Source: an uncultured Verrucomicrobiae bacterium
GTDB lineage: Bacteria; Verrucomicrobiota; Verrucomicrobiia; Limisphaerales; UBA11358
DNA: 64,000 bases
Direction: 5' to 3'
Assembly: GCA_963711945.1 (NCBI GenBank)
Contig: CAVQGB010000013.1
Location: 3,893 to 67,892 of the forward strand
Below the pieces are notes generated by a model. That model ran no database searches and was not told the DNA's origin. It saw nothing but the letters and a program-made list of their open reading frames with translations. Both the position numbers and the translations under genes were made by a program. Below, in pieces: positions 27,843-40,060 of the stretch (the first letter of the stretch is position 1; each line of letters opens with the position of its first letter).

Positions 27843-30560
27843 TCAGCGGTGGACAAGCTGCGCGATGATCGTGAGCAGCAATTCTTCGAGTTGAAACGGC
27901 TTGACCAGCCTGGCGGTTGTATCCGCACTTGAAAGCGCCTCCAGCTCACCGCTCATCAGAATGATGGGCACCGCTGGCGCCCGGGCGCGCAGGAACGGAA
28001 TGGTGGCCTGGCCGTCCAGCACCGGCATGTCCGTGTCGAGCAGGACGAGGCGCACTTCCCCGGCCTGCCGCTCGAACAGGGTTACGGCATCGGCACCGTT
28101 CGCGGCGGTGATGACGCGGTAGCCTTGCGCGGCGAGTCCAAGCGAAACCATTTCGCGAATCGCATTGTTCGTCATCCACGACCATAATCAATTCGCCATT
28201 GCCGCGGGGCAGTTCGGCCGGAGAAATACGTATTGCGATTGGCCGCCGTCTTCAGGATCGCGCAAGGCAGGTAAATCTCGAAGGTGGCGCCGCGTCCCGG
28301 TCTCGCTTTTCACATTCACAAATCCGCCGTGCTGGCTGACGATCCGCGCCAGTGGTGGAAAGCCCCAGGCCGGTTCCCTGCCCTGCCGGTTTGGTCGTGA
28401 AAAACGGCTCGAAAATGCGCGGCAGAATCTCCGGCGCGATGCCGCCGCCGGTGTCGGAAACGAGCAGCATGACAAAGCTGCCCGGCTTGCCGTTTGGAAT
28501 CTGCCCCGCTTCGTCGGCGCCCAGTTCGACGTTGTCCGCGGCCAGCGTAAGTTCGCCGCCATGCGGCATCGCGTCGCGGGCGTTGACGCAGAGATTGAGC
28601 AGCACCTGATGCAATTGGGTCGCGTTGCCAAGCACCGGCCAGAGATCGGCGGGCACCAGCGCGGCAACGTTGATGGATTTCGGGAAGGTTTGCCGGACGA
28701 TGCGTTCCATTTCGCGCACCAGGCCGCCGAGTGACAGCGGTTCCTTTTCGCTGGTCGCGTCCCCGCGAGAACAGCAGCACCTGCCTCACCATGTCCGCGC
28801 CGCGATGCGTGTTCTCCTCCATGACGGACAACATGCGGCGCGTCTCCTCGTCCAGGCGTTGCTTCTGCAGCAGTTGCAGCCCCATCAGAATCGGCGAGAG
28901 CGCATTGTTCAAATCGTGCGCCATGCCGCCCGCCAGCACGCCGATGCCTTCGATCCGTTGCGCGCGGAAAAACTCCAGCTTCCAGCCGCTTCTTTTCCGT
29001 CACGTCGGTGTTGATGAACAGCAGTGAGGTCGGTTCGCCGCGTTCGTTTCTGATGAGCGTGCAGCGGCTGGCGACGGTGAGCTTGCGGCCGTCGCGCGTC
29101 GTTTGTTCCAGTTCGCCCAGCCATTCGCCGGTCGCAAGCGCGGTTTGTCGCGCCTCGGCAAATTGTTTTTCGCACGGCGACCTACGGTCCGCCACGCCGC
29201 GCCGTCGCCTTGCAGTTCGGCGGCGCTCCAGCCGTAAAGCCGTTCCGCGCTGGGATTGGCGTAAATGATCCGGCCCGCGAAATCCTCGACCAGAATCGCG
29301 TCCTGCGCCTTTTCGATGAGCGCGGCCTGCTCGCGGATTTTCAGCTCGGCGGCACGCCGTTGCTGCTTCGAACCTCCGCTTTTGCCGATACCATTCGAGC
29401 GATTGGTAAAGCACGGAACCGGCCAGCGCCCCGGGGATTTGCACCGCGCCGATGATGAGCCAGGGAAACCAGATTTTCCCGGCGGTCAGCGCGAGCGCGG
29501 CGGCGCCGAGCACGCACAATTCAGCGGCCACGGCCGATGCCCGCCGCCGGCAGCGGCCGGAAACAAAACAGCACCCAGCCACATAAAATGGCGGAGAACA
29601 CCAGCACCAACACTTCCCTTGCCGGCGACAGACGGCGCAGCGAATCGCCGCGAAGGAGATTGAGCAATTGCGTGGCATGCACTTCCACCGCGGGCATGAA
29701 CAGTTCCCGGTCGCCCCAAGTTGTGAGCGGGCTGCGAAATTCATCTTTGCGTTCCAGAAACGATCCCGCCATCGGCCGCGCGCCAATGAACACAATCTTG
29801 CCGCGGAAGAATTCGTCACTGACTTCGTCCGCCCGCAACGCGGCGCTGTAGCTGACATGCGGCAGTGCGAGCGGCCTGCCGTAATAGCGCAGCCATTGCG
29901 GTCCGGGCGGGTTGGTCGCCGCCAAGCCCGAGGAGTTGCGCGGTGGCAAAGGCGAGACCGGGTTCCGGCAATGTGAGGAAGCCGGATGAACTGGCGGCGC
30001 ACAACAAAATCGTCGTCCACGATCAGCGTTCGCGAGGCCCCAGGCCGCCGCCGCGTCGAGAAATGGCTTGGCCGGCATGGAAAGTTGCAGCGATCGGGTG
30101 CCTTCCACCTGCGGCGTGGCGCGGCTGGAGCGGCTGATTTCCGCCGCCAGCACGGCGTGGCCGTTCGCCCGCAACGCCTCGGTGAATTCACGGTCCGCCG
30201 CCGCATCCGCGCCGGCTTCGTCGAAGATGATGTCGAACACGACCGCTTTCGCCCCGGCAGCGGTGAGCCGGTGAAGCAATTTGGCGTGCAAGGCGCGGCT
30301 CCACGGCTCGAGCGGGGTTCTGCTTTTCGCGCCGATACGAATCGAGGTCGAGATAGACGATGACCACCGGCGCGTTGCTCAACGCGGTTTCAGCAAGCAA
30401 TGTCTGCGACCAATCGTAACTTGCGCGCACCAGCGACGTGCCGGGGCGCGACCCGGGCGACAGCAGCCACACGCTCAACACCGCGAGCAGCGACGGCAAA
30501 GCCCGCCGTCGCCAGCGCGCGCGGATGTGTTTTGGATAAATCGGCGCAACACGTTAATCA
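27843..30560 (-). pseudogene. hybrid sensor histidine kinase CHASE2-TM-PAS-HisKA-HATPase-REC; at least 6 frame changes as assembled (5' end approximate)
   Basis: Fragments lie in different frames:
- CHASE2: APVVIVYLDLDSY, LHAKLLHRLTAAGAKAVVFDIIFDE, KIVFIGARP
- PAS: GEWLGELEQTTRDGRKLTVASRCTLIRNERGEPTSLLFINTDVTEKKRLEA
- HisKA: LAGGMAHDLNNALSPILMGLQLL
- HATPase: [19 protein letters not shown]...[33 protein letters not shown]
- Linker: PRGNGELIMVVDDE
- REC: AIREMVSLGLAAQGYRVITAANGADAV...LLDTDMPVLDG...KPF. Confidence 0.75.
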
Positions 30561-30561
30561 A

Positions 30562-33500
30562 TCATATCGCTAAAAGTTCATTCGCACCGACGACCGTCAA
30601 CGTGCGGCTGCGGGCGAGTCCCGATTGCAGGTTCAACGGATTGAGCCGGTAATCCTGGTCGGTCAGATTCAACATGCCGAGGCGCAGTTCGGCGCGGCGA
30701 TGCGGAAAAACATAGCCGGCAAAAATGTTGTGCTGCCAGAAATCATCGCCCGGCCACGCCCGGCGTATAGCCGTGGTTGTCCTGATGATACCAGTCCGAC
30801 GACCACTCGGCGAAAAATCCGCACGGGTGATTGTAGATGCAGAAAAATCTGGCCGTGATGCAGCACCGCGCGCTCATTTTGCTCCTGCGACGAAACGCCT
30901 GGAACGCCGGCCAGATCGGGAAGCCGCGTGTTGAGTTTCGCCTCGCTCAACCGGTAGCGCGCTCCGGCGGACCAATCTCGTCCGATCAGTTGATTCACAT
31001 ACGCCGAGAGATTGCGCTCGCTGATAATCGAGCGTCTGGCGGGTCGTCGTCGGCGCATCCGGCACCGGGAATGAACGGGATGGAATTGGTGAACGCACCC
31101 ACATTCGCGCGAGCCGTCGGATTGGAGCAGTTCCGCGCCGATGCCGAAATACGTCTGGCTGGGCAGCGATTGATCAAAGCCGAGCGTCCACGAGTCGAAC
31201 TTCGTGCCGGGCACCAGCCCTTCGACGGATTCGGGAATCAAACTGCGAAACGCGCTGGTCGAGCCGGCAACCTGCGCCGGTTCCAGCCGGATGCTGTTGT
31301 CGAAAAAAAGTCCGCCGAGCGAACGCGTCCACGCGCCGCGCAGCCAGCCGCCGCGCCACGGTTCAGCCGTGAACCCCACTTTCGGCCCCAGCAGCGAACG
31401 CCGATCCTTCGCCGCCGAGCACCGGCGGCAAATCCACGTTTTGCGGATAGGTCAGCTGGTCGTAACTCAAACCGGCGGTCATACGAAACTCGGTGATTGG
31501 CCGCCATTGATAATAGCCGTAGCCGTTGAGCCGTTCCAGATATGGCGATGCGGACTGGTCAATGATCGTCGCTGACCAGGCGCGTGAGCGTCGAGTGCGT
31601 GTCCACCGTGCCGTGCTGATAACGCCCGCCGATAATCAGCGCGTGTTGCGGGGATTCCCAAATCTGCTGCGCTTCGGCGGAATAAAGCGTGAAATTCAGG
31701 TCCTGCTTCAACGTGAAAAGCGGGTCGGCATCCACACCGACTGAATCCCGCGCCATCCTGCTGCATGAACAGCACGCTCGGCTGCGGGTTGGTCAGCGAG
31801 AGCCGGTCGGTAAGCCGGGAGAACAAGAGCAGCGTGTGGCTGCCGGGCGACCATTCGTGATTCCAGCCGAGGAACAGATTTGGGTTCTGCTCCTCCGTCA
31901 CGCGCAAACCGAGGATCGGCGTCCGATCGGATCGTAATGTTGCGCCACGTCGCCGCTCTCACCGTGAAAATAGCCCGCCTGAAAATAGGCGCTGTCGCCC
32001 GGCGTGATTTGTTGTTTGGCCGTGAATGAGAACTGGCGGTCCTTCAGGTCATTGTTCGGGCGCTGGCCGTTCTGGGAAACATATTGCGCATCGAGCGCGT
32101 AACTGAATCCGCCGGCGGAACCAAAGGCCGTGGCCGCCTGGTTCCAATCGCCGCCGCTGCCGTATTCGGTCAACGAACTGAAACCAAACGGGCGCGTGTC
32201 GAAATATTGCAGGCGGTCCTGCTGCGACAGGATTTGCGACAAGATTGCCGCCGCCCGGCGGCGCGAGCAGGTTGGCGACCAGCAATTCGCTTTCGCGCGC
32301 CGTTTCCAGACGCAAATCGAACCGCTGCGGGTCTTCCTGGTTTCCCAGGCTGTCCGCGAGAAACAGATGGCCGGCAAAATCGGAATACGATTCCTCGACG
32401 GCGCGGCTGGCGGCGCGGTCGCTGACTTCGGTCATTCCCGCCGCGTCATAAATTGCCGCGAGATCGGCGCTGCGCGCGGCGCGGTCGCGATCCAGTTGCA
32501 GCCGCGAGCGGAAGACGCTGCGGTTGTCGTTCAACTCCACCGAGTGCTCCAGGTCGCGCACGGCAGTCATTGACCTGATGCGTCTGAAACCGGTGCAACG
32601 CGGAGTAAAGCCACGCCGTCGGATCGGCCGGATCCAGCTTTTGCGCGAGGGCGAAATCCTTTTCGGCAAGTTTGTCCTCGCCGGATTGGCTCCACGCCTT
32701 GCCAAGGTAGCTGCGGAACAATCCGCGCTGCGGCTCCAGCGTGGCGGCAATCTGCAAATCGCGGCGCGCCTGCTTCGTCGTTGCCCAGCTTGAGCCTCGC
32801 GCCAGCGCGCGGCCAAGCCAGGCGCTGGGCAGCGAGCCGTCCAGCGCCAGCGCGCGGTCAAACCAGTCCAGCGCGGGGTGCGGATGATTTTCCGCCAGCG
32901 CCATGAACCCTTCCAGCGCGACCGCCTGCGCGTTGCGCGGCGAAAGCGACCGGGCGCGATCCAGCGCGTCGCGCGCCGCGCGGCGATGCTCGAAATCAAA
33001 TTCCAGCTCGGCCACGCGCGCCCAGGCGAAACCGAATTCCGGGCGCGAGCTTCGCCGCCTGCCGCGCGGCGTTCAACGCGGCGGGAAGTTGCGACCGGGA
33101 TTGGAGATAATACGAACGCGCCAGCCAGCCGCTGCTGTTGGTGGGATCGGGCAGCGGAGTGATCGGTTGAAATTTCACGGCGGCGATGAGTTCGCGGAGT
33201 GGAGCGGCGGTTTCGCCCGCGGGCGCGATCAAGGCTTCGGCCTCCTCGACCTGGCCGACGGCAAGTTTGAGCGCGGCGAAATAGGTTCGCGTGGCGGCGG
33301 ATTGCGTCGGCCAGTTCGTCCGGCGCTTCGGCGAGAGCCTGGAGCAAATCGCCGCGGCGTAGGCGGAAAGCGATTTCGCGAGCGCGGTTCTTTCCGCGTC
33401 GGTGAACGGAATTTCGTCCGGATTCAGAACGGCCGGGTAATAAAAGCACCATTGGATCAAATTCACGGCGGGCAAAACGGCGATGAGTTGCGCGCGGCTG

Positions 33501-34078
33501 GCCGGGTTGCACCAGCGCCTGCTGGCCGCTGGTGAGCTGCAATTCCTCGCCGGCCGTCTTGAGATCCACCGCGCCGTCGAGCAAGGCCAGGCGCGTGGCG
33601 GCATCGGCTTCGGCGACGGCGAGGAAAAATTCCGTGCCGCGAATCGCGCCGGTGGCCAGCGGCGTCTCGAACTCGACATCGGCGGGCTGCTCGCGATCGA
33701 AGAAAGAAGAGCGCGCCGCGCTTGAGTCCGAAACGATGCCGCGCGGGCTGCGCGGGCGGCTCGATTTCGAGGAGGGTGGATTGGCTGACGCGGATGACGC
33801 TGCGGTCGGAAAGCTGCAGGGTCGCCCGGCTGTCGGCGGCGGTCCGCAGGCGGTCGCCGGGATGAAGGAATTGATTGATGCGCGCCGGCTGCCAGTCGTT
33901 GGTGTTGGCGACGGTGATCTCGACCTTCCGGCAAATTCGACAAGCCGGCTGGCGGCGATTGGTGTCGGCGGACGCCGGCGGTTCGGCGCGGGCGATGGAA
34001 ATCATCGCGCAAAACGCCATGCCCGCCAGCGTCCAGCGAAGCGCGCGAGCCGGTCCAATGACAAAATGTTTTTGACAT
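30562..34078 (-). pseudogene. secreted FecR-domain / TPR-repeat / C-terminal beta-barrel protein; at least 8 frame changes as assembled
   Basis: The signal peptide is reconstructed as MSK.HFVIGPARALRWTLAGMAFCAMISIARA. Other fragments are FecR-like (GDRLRTAADSRATLQLSDRSVIRVSQSTLLEIE, LLDGAVDLKTAGEELQLTSGQQALV) and TPR (ALDWFDRALALDGSLPSAWLGRA...YLGKAW). A barrel-like tail reads GWNHEWSPGSHTLLLFS...LNLTDQDYRLNP. Confidence 0.6.
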
Positions 34079-34235
34079 CGAGTTCTGGCAAATTCTTACG
34101 AGCAGTTGACGATGCCGGGGCGTGCGGCATGGATAAAATCACGTTTGCCGGTCCGTTCTTCAGAGTCAAACGGACCATTGCCGGTCCGCAATCGAACCGC
34201 GAAACGGAGTTTGGCCAGAGTCGTTCAAATACGTT

Positions 34236-35658
34236 TCAGGTTGGGCGCGGAGTCACCTGCCGCAGCTCCGGCCATTTTTCCAGCCGCCGCAGCAGCGCCT
34301 GATGCGTGATGCCGAGGCGCGTGGCGGCGCGGCGGATGCCGCCGCCCTCGGCCTGCAACGCCTGCTGGATGAGGCGGTATTCCTGAAGATCAATCGCATT
34401 GAGTTGCCGCTCGGGCGGAGGCGGAGGAAATGAATCGCCGGTGACGGCGGCGGCCTCGCCGCCCGGCGTGCTGCTCAACCACGCCGAGATCAAACGCCAG
34501 CCAGGGAGCATCGTCCGGCGTCCGCAGCAGGGCGCGTTCGAGGAGATTGCGCAACTCGCGCACGTTGCCGGGGAAATGATAGCCGCGCAAGGCTTCGAGA
34601 TCGCCCGGTTTGAGGAACGGTTTCTTGCGCCGGTATTTTTCGCAGAGCTGCGCCAGGAGGTTTTCAACGAGCGGTTCGAGATCGGAAATGTGCTCGCGCA
34701 GGGCCGGCAAGCGCACCGTCGCCACGGTCAGGCGAAACATCAGATCCTCGCGAAAGCGTCCGCGTTTGACTTCGTCGGCCAGCGAACGGTTGGTGGCGGC
34801 GACGATCCGGCCGGAGAATTCGCGCAGCGTGTTGCTGCCGAGCGGGCGATACTCGCGGGACTCCAGAAAGCGCAGCAGCTTGGCCTGTTGCGGCAGGGGC
34901 GTCTCGGTGATTTCATCCAGGAACAGCGTCCCGCCGGCGGCGGCTTCGATGAGGCCCTCGCGGCGTTTGTCCGCGCCGGTGAAAGCGCCTTTCTCGCTGC
35001 CGAACAACTCGGATTCAAACATCTCGGCCGGCACGGCGGAGCAGTTCAACGGAACGTAAGGCGCGGGCGCCGGCCGGGCGGCATAAGTGAGGCGATGCAG
35101 CAGCCGCGCGGCGAGGTCCTTGCCGGTGCCGGTCTCGCCGAGAAGCAGCACGGTGGTTTCGGCATGGCGGGCGGCCTGCCGGAGCGAGTTCACGGCTTCG
35201 CGCAGGGCCGGAGAATCGCCGATCAGTTCGCCGGCAACGTCCGCGCGGTCGGGATGGCTGAGGCGTTGCCGGACGCGGTGCAGGCAGGCGGTGAAATCGG
35301 CGACATTGAGCGGTTTGGTCAGATAATCGAACAGGCCGTTGCGCGTGAGTTCAACGGCCTGGGCCAGTTCCGGCACGCCCGTCACCATCACGACAACGCT
35401 GTCGGGGCAGCGTCGGTTCAACTGCGGGAAAAAATCATAGCCCGTGCCGTCCGGCAGGCGGTTATCGAGCAGGACGAGATCAAAGGCGCGGCGTTCGGTT
35501 TCAGCGCGCGCGGATTTCAAATCCGCGCACTGGCTGACCTGGCCGCCTTCCTGGCTCACGACTTTGGCAAGCATGGAGACAAAACCCGCGTCGTCATCCA
35601 CGATGAGGCAGGAGAACTTATCCGGGTTGCTCATGAATTTACCGGATTGGTTTGACAC
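34236..35658 (-). pseudogene. sigma54-dependent response regulator (REC-AAA+-Fis HTH, NtrC family); one frame change near 34.45 kb
   Basis: Fragments are FSCLIVDDDAGF...LLDNRLPDGTG (REC), LLLGETGTGKDLAARLLH (Walker A) and GAFTGA, the sigma54 contact motif. Further fragments are GGTLFLDEI, and after the shift IRRAATRLGITHQALLRRL (HTH). Confidence 0.85.
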
Positions 35659-35674
35659 ATATTCCGCGGAACAA

Positions 35675-37372
35675 TCAAGGCGTATGAACGCGAAGGAACA
35701 GCGGGCCGTTGTCGGTCGTCGAGTTGGTCAGCCAGATAATGCCGCCGTAATCCGGAAAGGCATTCGTCCAGTACGACCAGGATCCGGCGCCGAAATCGGC
35801 GGCGCAGTCCACCGAATATTGGTAGCCGCGGACACCCGGGAAAGGCGGAAACCATCCAGTTTGACGCCGGGTTCAGGCTGACGAAGGGCGAGCTGACCAC
35901 CGTGACGTTGGCGGGGGCGCTGGTGACCGAGCCGGCAAAGTTGGTCACGACCACCGTGTAAACGCCGCTGTCCTGGCTTTGGGGAGATCGGAGCAGAAAG
36001 GCTGGCATTGGTTTGCTGACTGAAGTTTGGAATTGTTCTTCCACCATTGATAGGCAAGAGGCGCGGTGCCGCTGGCGACGACGCTCAGGGCCACAGCCGT
36101 TTGCGTCGCCAACATCAGGGGTTGCGGCTGGCTGGTCAGAACGGCGGCACTGCCGGAAGGCCCGGGCTCAACGAGTAATTCAAGTGCGCGATGCCGCGCG
36201 CGCCGTTGACGCCACCCACGACGATGAAATAGTTGCCGCCGTTGGTGGTGATGAATTGAACCTGGCTGGCGTTGGTGCCGGTGCCGCCGCTGTTGTTGTC
36301 GCAGGCGACGGAAATCAGGTTGCTGTAGCTGGTGAGCGCGCCGGTATAGGTGAAACCGCCAAGCAGCGTGGGGAACGAACTGTTGCTGGTGTCGATCGTC
36401 ATGAGGCCGTTGGTCGGGGCTTGATAGGAAAACCAATATGCGGCGCCGGGCGGCACCCCGCAAATCGATCGGCGCATTCGGATCCACGATCGCGTTGGTG
36501 GTGTTGAAGATTTGTGTGCCATTGTAGCCGAGCATCAACCCCGCCGCTCAAACCCGAGATGCGCGGCGTCGGCAAGTTTGTTGCGGGCGAGCACCTTGGT
36601 CTGGCCCTCCGAATTCACCTGGATCTCGATGGCGGAACTGAAAAAGCTGTCGTCGTTCAAATAGAACTTCAACGCGTAAAGCCCGAGATTGGTGCGTTGC
36701 AGGCTGGGAATCACCAGCGTCGGGTCCACGGAATCGTCGTCCTGACCGGAAACCGGCATGCCGTTGAGATACCATTTGAATTGCAGGTTCGGGCTGGGCA
36801 GCAGATTGATGGTGAGAATGAGCGGATCGCCCAGACGCAACGACTGGTCACCCGGCAGACGCAACACCGTCGGCTGGAGGTTCGAGGAAGAGAGAAAATT
36901 GAGTTGCAAGGAGAATATTCCCGCTCGCGCCGTTGAAGCCGTCCACGGCGATTTGATAGGTCTGGTTGGAATTGGCGCCAAACTGCAGATAGGAGGTCAC
37001 CAGCCCGCCGTAATCGTCGTCGGAGGCGATTCCCTGAAGCCGTTCCAGCGGCGGGTCGTTGCCCGACTCCAGCGTATAAACCGCCAGCAAGGTGTCAAAC
37101 GAACTGCCAGCCGTGCTCAGCGTGACCAGGCCGTCGCCCGGCGCGAGCCAGGAAATCCACACCGAATGGCCGCCGATTTTGCCGGCATGCAAAGGCTCGC
37201 CGGGTTCGACCGTGGCGTTTGTGTTTGAACCGGTCACCAGCGCGGAAGTGGTGTTGGTCAGCGCCTGTCGTCCCGCGAACATGTCGGAAAAGCTTTGGGC
37301 AAATGACGCCGGGCGCAGGAGCAGGAGGCCGAACAAAACCACCAACCACTTGACTTGGACATTTCGAATCAC
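35675..37372 (-). pseudogene. secreted protein with two PPC/pre-peptidase-C-like domains and Ig-like domains; about 5 frame changes
   Basis: It has a signal peptide (MIRNVQVKWLVVLFGLLLLRPASFAQS). A repeated domain reads EPGEPLHAGKIGGHSVWISWLAPGDGLVTLSTAGSSFDTLLAVYT and GVPPGAAYWFSYQAPTNGLMTIDTSNSSFPTLLGGFT. An Ig-like repeat reads LQFKWYLNGMPVSGQ. The reconstructed C-terminus is RGYQYSVDCAADFGAGSWSYW...LFLRVHTP*. Confidence 0.55.
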
Positions 37373-37758
37373 GCTCGCACCGTAGCATATCTAATTCAGA
37401 CAATCAACCAAACTGTTAGTAATTCACCCGCCGTCTGCCCGTTCGGTTGGCCATGGTCGGCTGCTCCAGTTCTGGGCCGGGGCGCGAGGGCCGGTTTCGG
37501 ACCAACGATGGTTATCGGACCACGAACCCGGACCGTTTGACGGATCAGGCATCTGCTTTCCGGAACGCCGGCGTGCAAATTCCCGCTTGGCACCAGTGCT
37601 GCTTAAGACCAGCGACGCTGCCTAATCCGCCGGGCAAATTGGAGGCAAAAGCGATCAAACATGATGGAACAAGCACAAGTTCTGAACAAATTGATGACCG
37701 CAGTGGTGGTAGATTCCACTGCCGCCGGGCAGGATCAATTTTGGAGAACGCACCGTTT

Positions 37759-39906
37759 ATGAATCCGAGGTTTTCAATTCTCTGGCGTATAATACTTCGC
37801 AACCAGCCGTCCGCATTCGGGTGTATCGCGTTATCCTTCTATTTAACTCGCGCTCAAGCCGCGCCGCTCATGGAAGAGGGTTTCAATTATCCCGCCGGAA
37901 CGGCGCTGGCGACCAACCCCCCCTGGTCGGGCGGCACCGGCGCATCCGTGGAAGTCGTGGGCGGCAATCTGATATTGTCCAATCTCCAGGACACAGTGCC
38001 CTCCGGGAACAAGCTTCAAATCGGCGGAGGGTCCAGCCGGACAGTTTATCGGAATTTCAGCAGCAATGCCGTCACCGGAGGCGCGGTCTATTGTTCGGCG
38101 CTGATCCGTTGCACCCAGTTGCCGACGAATATCACAGTTCATCGCCAGTTTGTTGCCCGCCGAAAGCACGTCGCCCAATCGGGACACCGATCCATTGACC
38201 TTGAGTGTCACCACCGGGGGCGGCGGCTACCGGTTCAGTTTGAGCAGCGCCGGTGGAGATTCGAGCACTGGAGGCGCGGGGTTGACCTTAAACAGCACGC
38301 ATTTCATCGTTTTGAAATACGTCTTCGGTTCCACAGGACAGGCCAGCATGTATGTGGATCCTGCCCCGGGCGGGGTTGAGCCGTCGTCGGCCACCATCTC
38401 GCCCGAACAAGGCGATTCCGGAACTGGCGCCGCCAATCTTCAAGTTTTGCTGCTCCAGTCCTCAAGCTCCGTCGGCCAGGGTGTTTTCAATTTGGACACA
38501 ATCCGCGTCGGAACAAATTGGGCGGATGTGACGCCGATAGAATTCCGCGCCGTCCGTGACCGGTCCGCAGAACCAGGCGGTTTGCTCCGGCAGCCCCGCT
38601 GAATTCAGCGTCACTGCCACCGGCGTGCCGCCTTTCAGCTACCAGTGGCGGACCAACGGAATCGCCATCCCAGGCGCGACGAACGACACCTATCTATTGC
38701 CAAGTCCGACCGCCGCAGACGCGCTGAACAGTTACGACGTGGTGGTCGCCGACGCGTTCGGGTCGGTCACGAGCCAGGTCGCATCGCTCGCGATCAGCTA
38801 CAGCGCGCCTTCCATTTCGATTTCTCCCACCAACCAAATGATTGTTCCGGGTGTTTCCAATGCGACTTTCAGCGTTTCGGTCTCGGATGGCACGCCCTTG
38901 AGTTTTCAATGGCGCACCAATGGCATCGCTATTCCCGGCGCCACCAACACCAGCTACACCACCACCAATATGGCGCCGGCCGATGCGGCGAACGCTGATT
39001 GACGTGGTGGCGTCCAATCCGTGCGGTTCCATCACCAGCACTCCGCCGGTTGGCGTGTATTTCCCCACCGTGTTCTACGCCGCTGTGGACGCCGGGGCGG
39101 GATTCTTCAGCGGTGAAAATGTCATTTTCACCAATACCAGCGGGCTTGCTTTCTACGTCTGGTCATCGCCCGATCCGACGATTTCCGTGACCAACTGGAC
39201 TTTGGAAGGACCGATGAGTGAGCTGCCCCTCGGGCACCTCGGGCTATAGTCGCTATGGCATCAATCTGAATCCTGTCACCTCCCCGGTCTATTACATCTT
39301 TGCTCAAACGAACATGGGGCCCTACACGCCCACCGAGTGGGTGGTCTGGCTGACGACGCCTGACTTCGCGAGCTACTTTGTGACCGACGCAAACGTGGCC
39401 ATCAGCGCTGACGGTATTTTTCAATTTCCGGATGCCGCCGGGCATTACGCAGCAGCCCCAAAACCGACGGTGCTGGCCGGGCAAAACGCCAGCTTCAACG
39501 TAACGGCCACCGGTGTCGGGATTGGTTACCAGTGGTTGTCCAACAACTCCGGTCATTTCCGCCCCGTCGGCCCCGATGCTTGGCCTTGACCAACGTATCC
39601 GCCGCCAACGCCGGACCTTATGTCGTGATCGTCACCAACTCACTGGGTTCGGTGACCAGCAGCGTCGCGACGCTGACAGTGGCTTTGCCGCCGGCCTTCA
39701 ATCTTGGTTTCGCCGCTCCCGGAACCATCCAGTTGAACGCGAATTCCATCACCGGTTTGACTTACGTCGTGCAGTCGGCCACCAATCTGACCAATCCGGT
39801 CTGGGTGCCCATCCTGACCAACAACACCGGCACTGGCGGCATCGTGAATTTCCAGACGGGCACGTCGGGCGCCCCGCAGCAATTCTACCGCCTGGTCTTC
39901 CCATGA
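37759..39906 (+). pseudogene. secreted LamG/lectin-like plus Ig-like repeat exoprotein with conserved C-terminal beta-sandwich tail; about 6 frame changes
   Basis: The N-terminus is MNPRFSILWRIILRNQPSAFGCIALSFYLTRAQA. Ig repeats read PPFSYQWRTNGIAIPGATNDTY and PLSFQWRTNGIAIPGATNTSY. The tail is NANSITGLTYVVQSATNLTNPVWVPILTNNTGTGGIVNFQTGTSGAPQQFYRLVFP*. Confidence 0.6.
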
Positions 39907-40060
39907 TACACTGACCATTGAACGCACCAACCGCACGCATTTGTTCATGGGAAAACCATTTCACACGGTCCGACAAGGCGGAAAGAACAGGCTTCCGACT
40001 CGGGCGCACGTTCCCGGGTTCGTCGGCGGACGCGGTTGATCGCGATGACGCGTGGCCTTG

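Noticed and set aside
28188-30206. A 672-aa Arg/Ala/Pro-rich ORF on the minus strand.
   Set aside because: Most of it is an out-of-frame read-through of the GC-rich CHASE2 kinase gene. Only short stretches (PAS end, GGFVNVKSETG) are genuine, and the true protein hops between frames.
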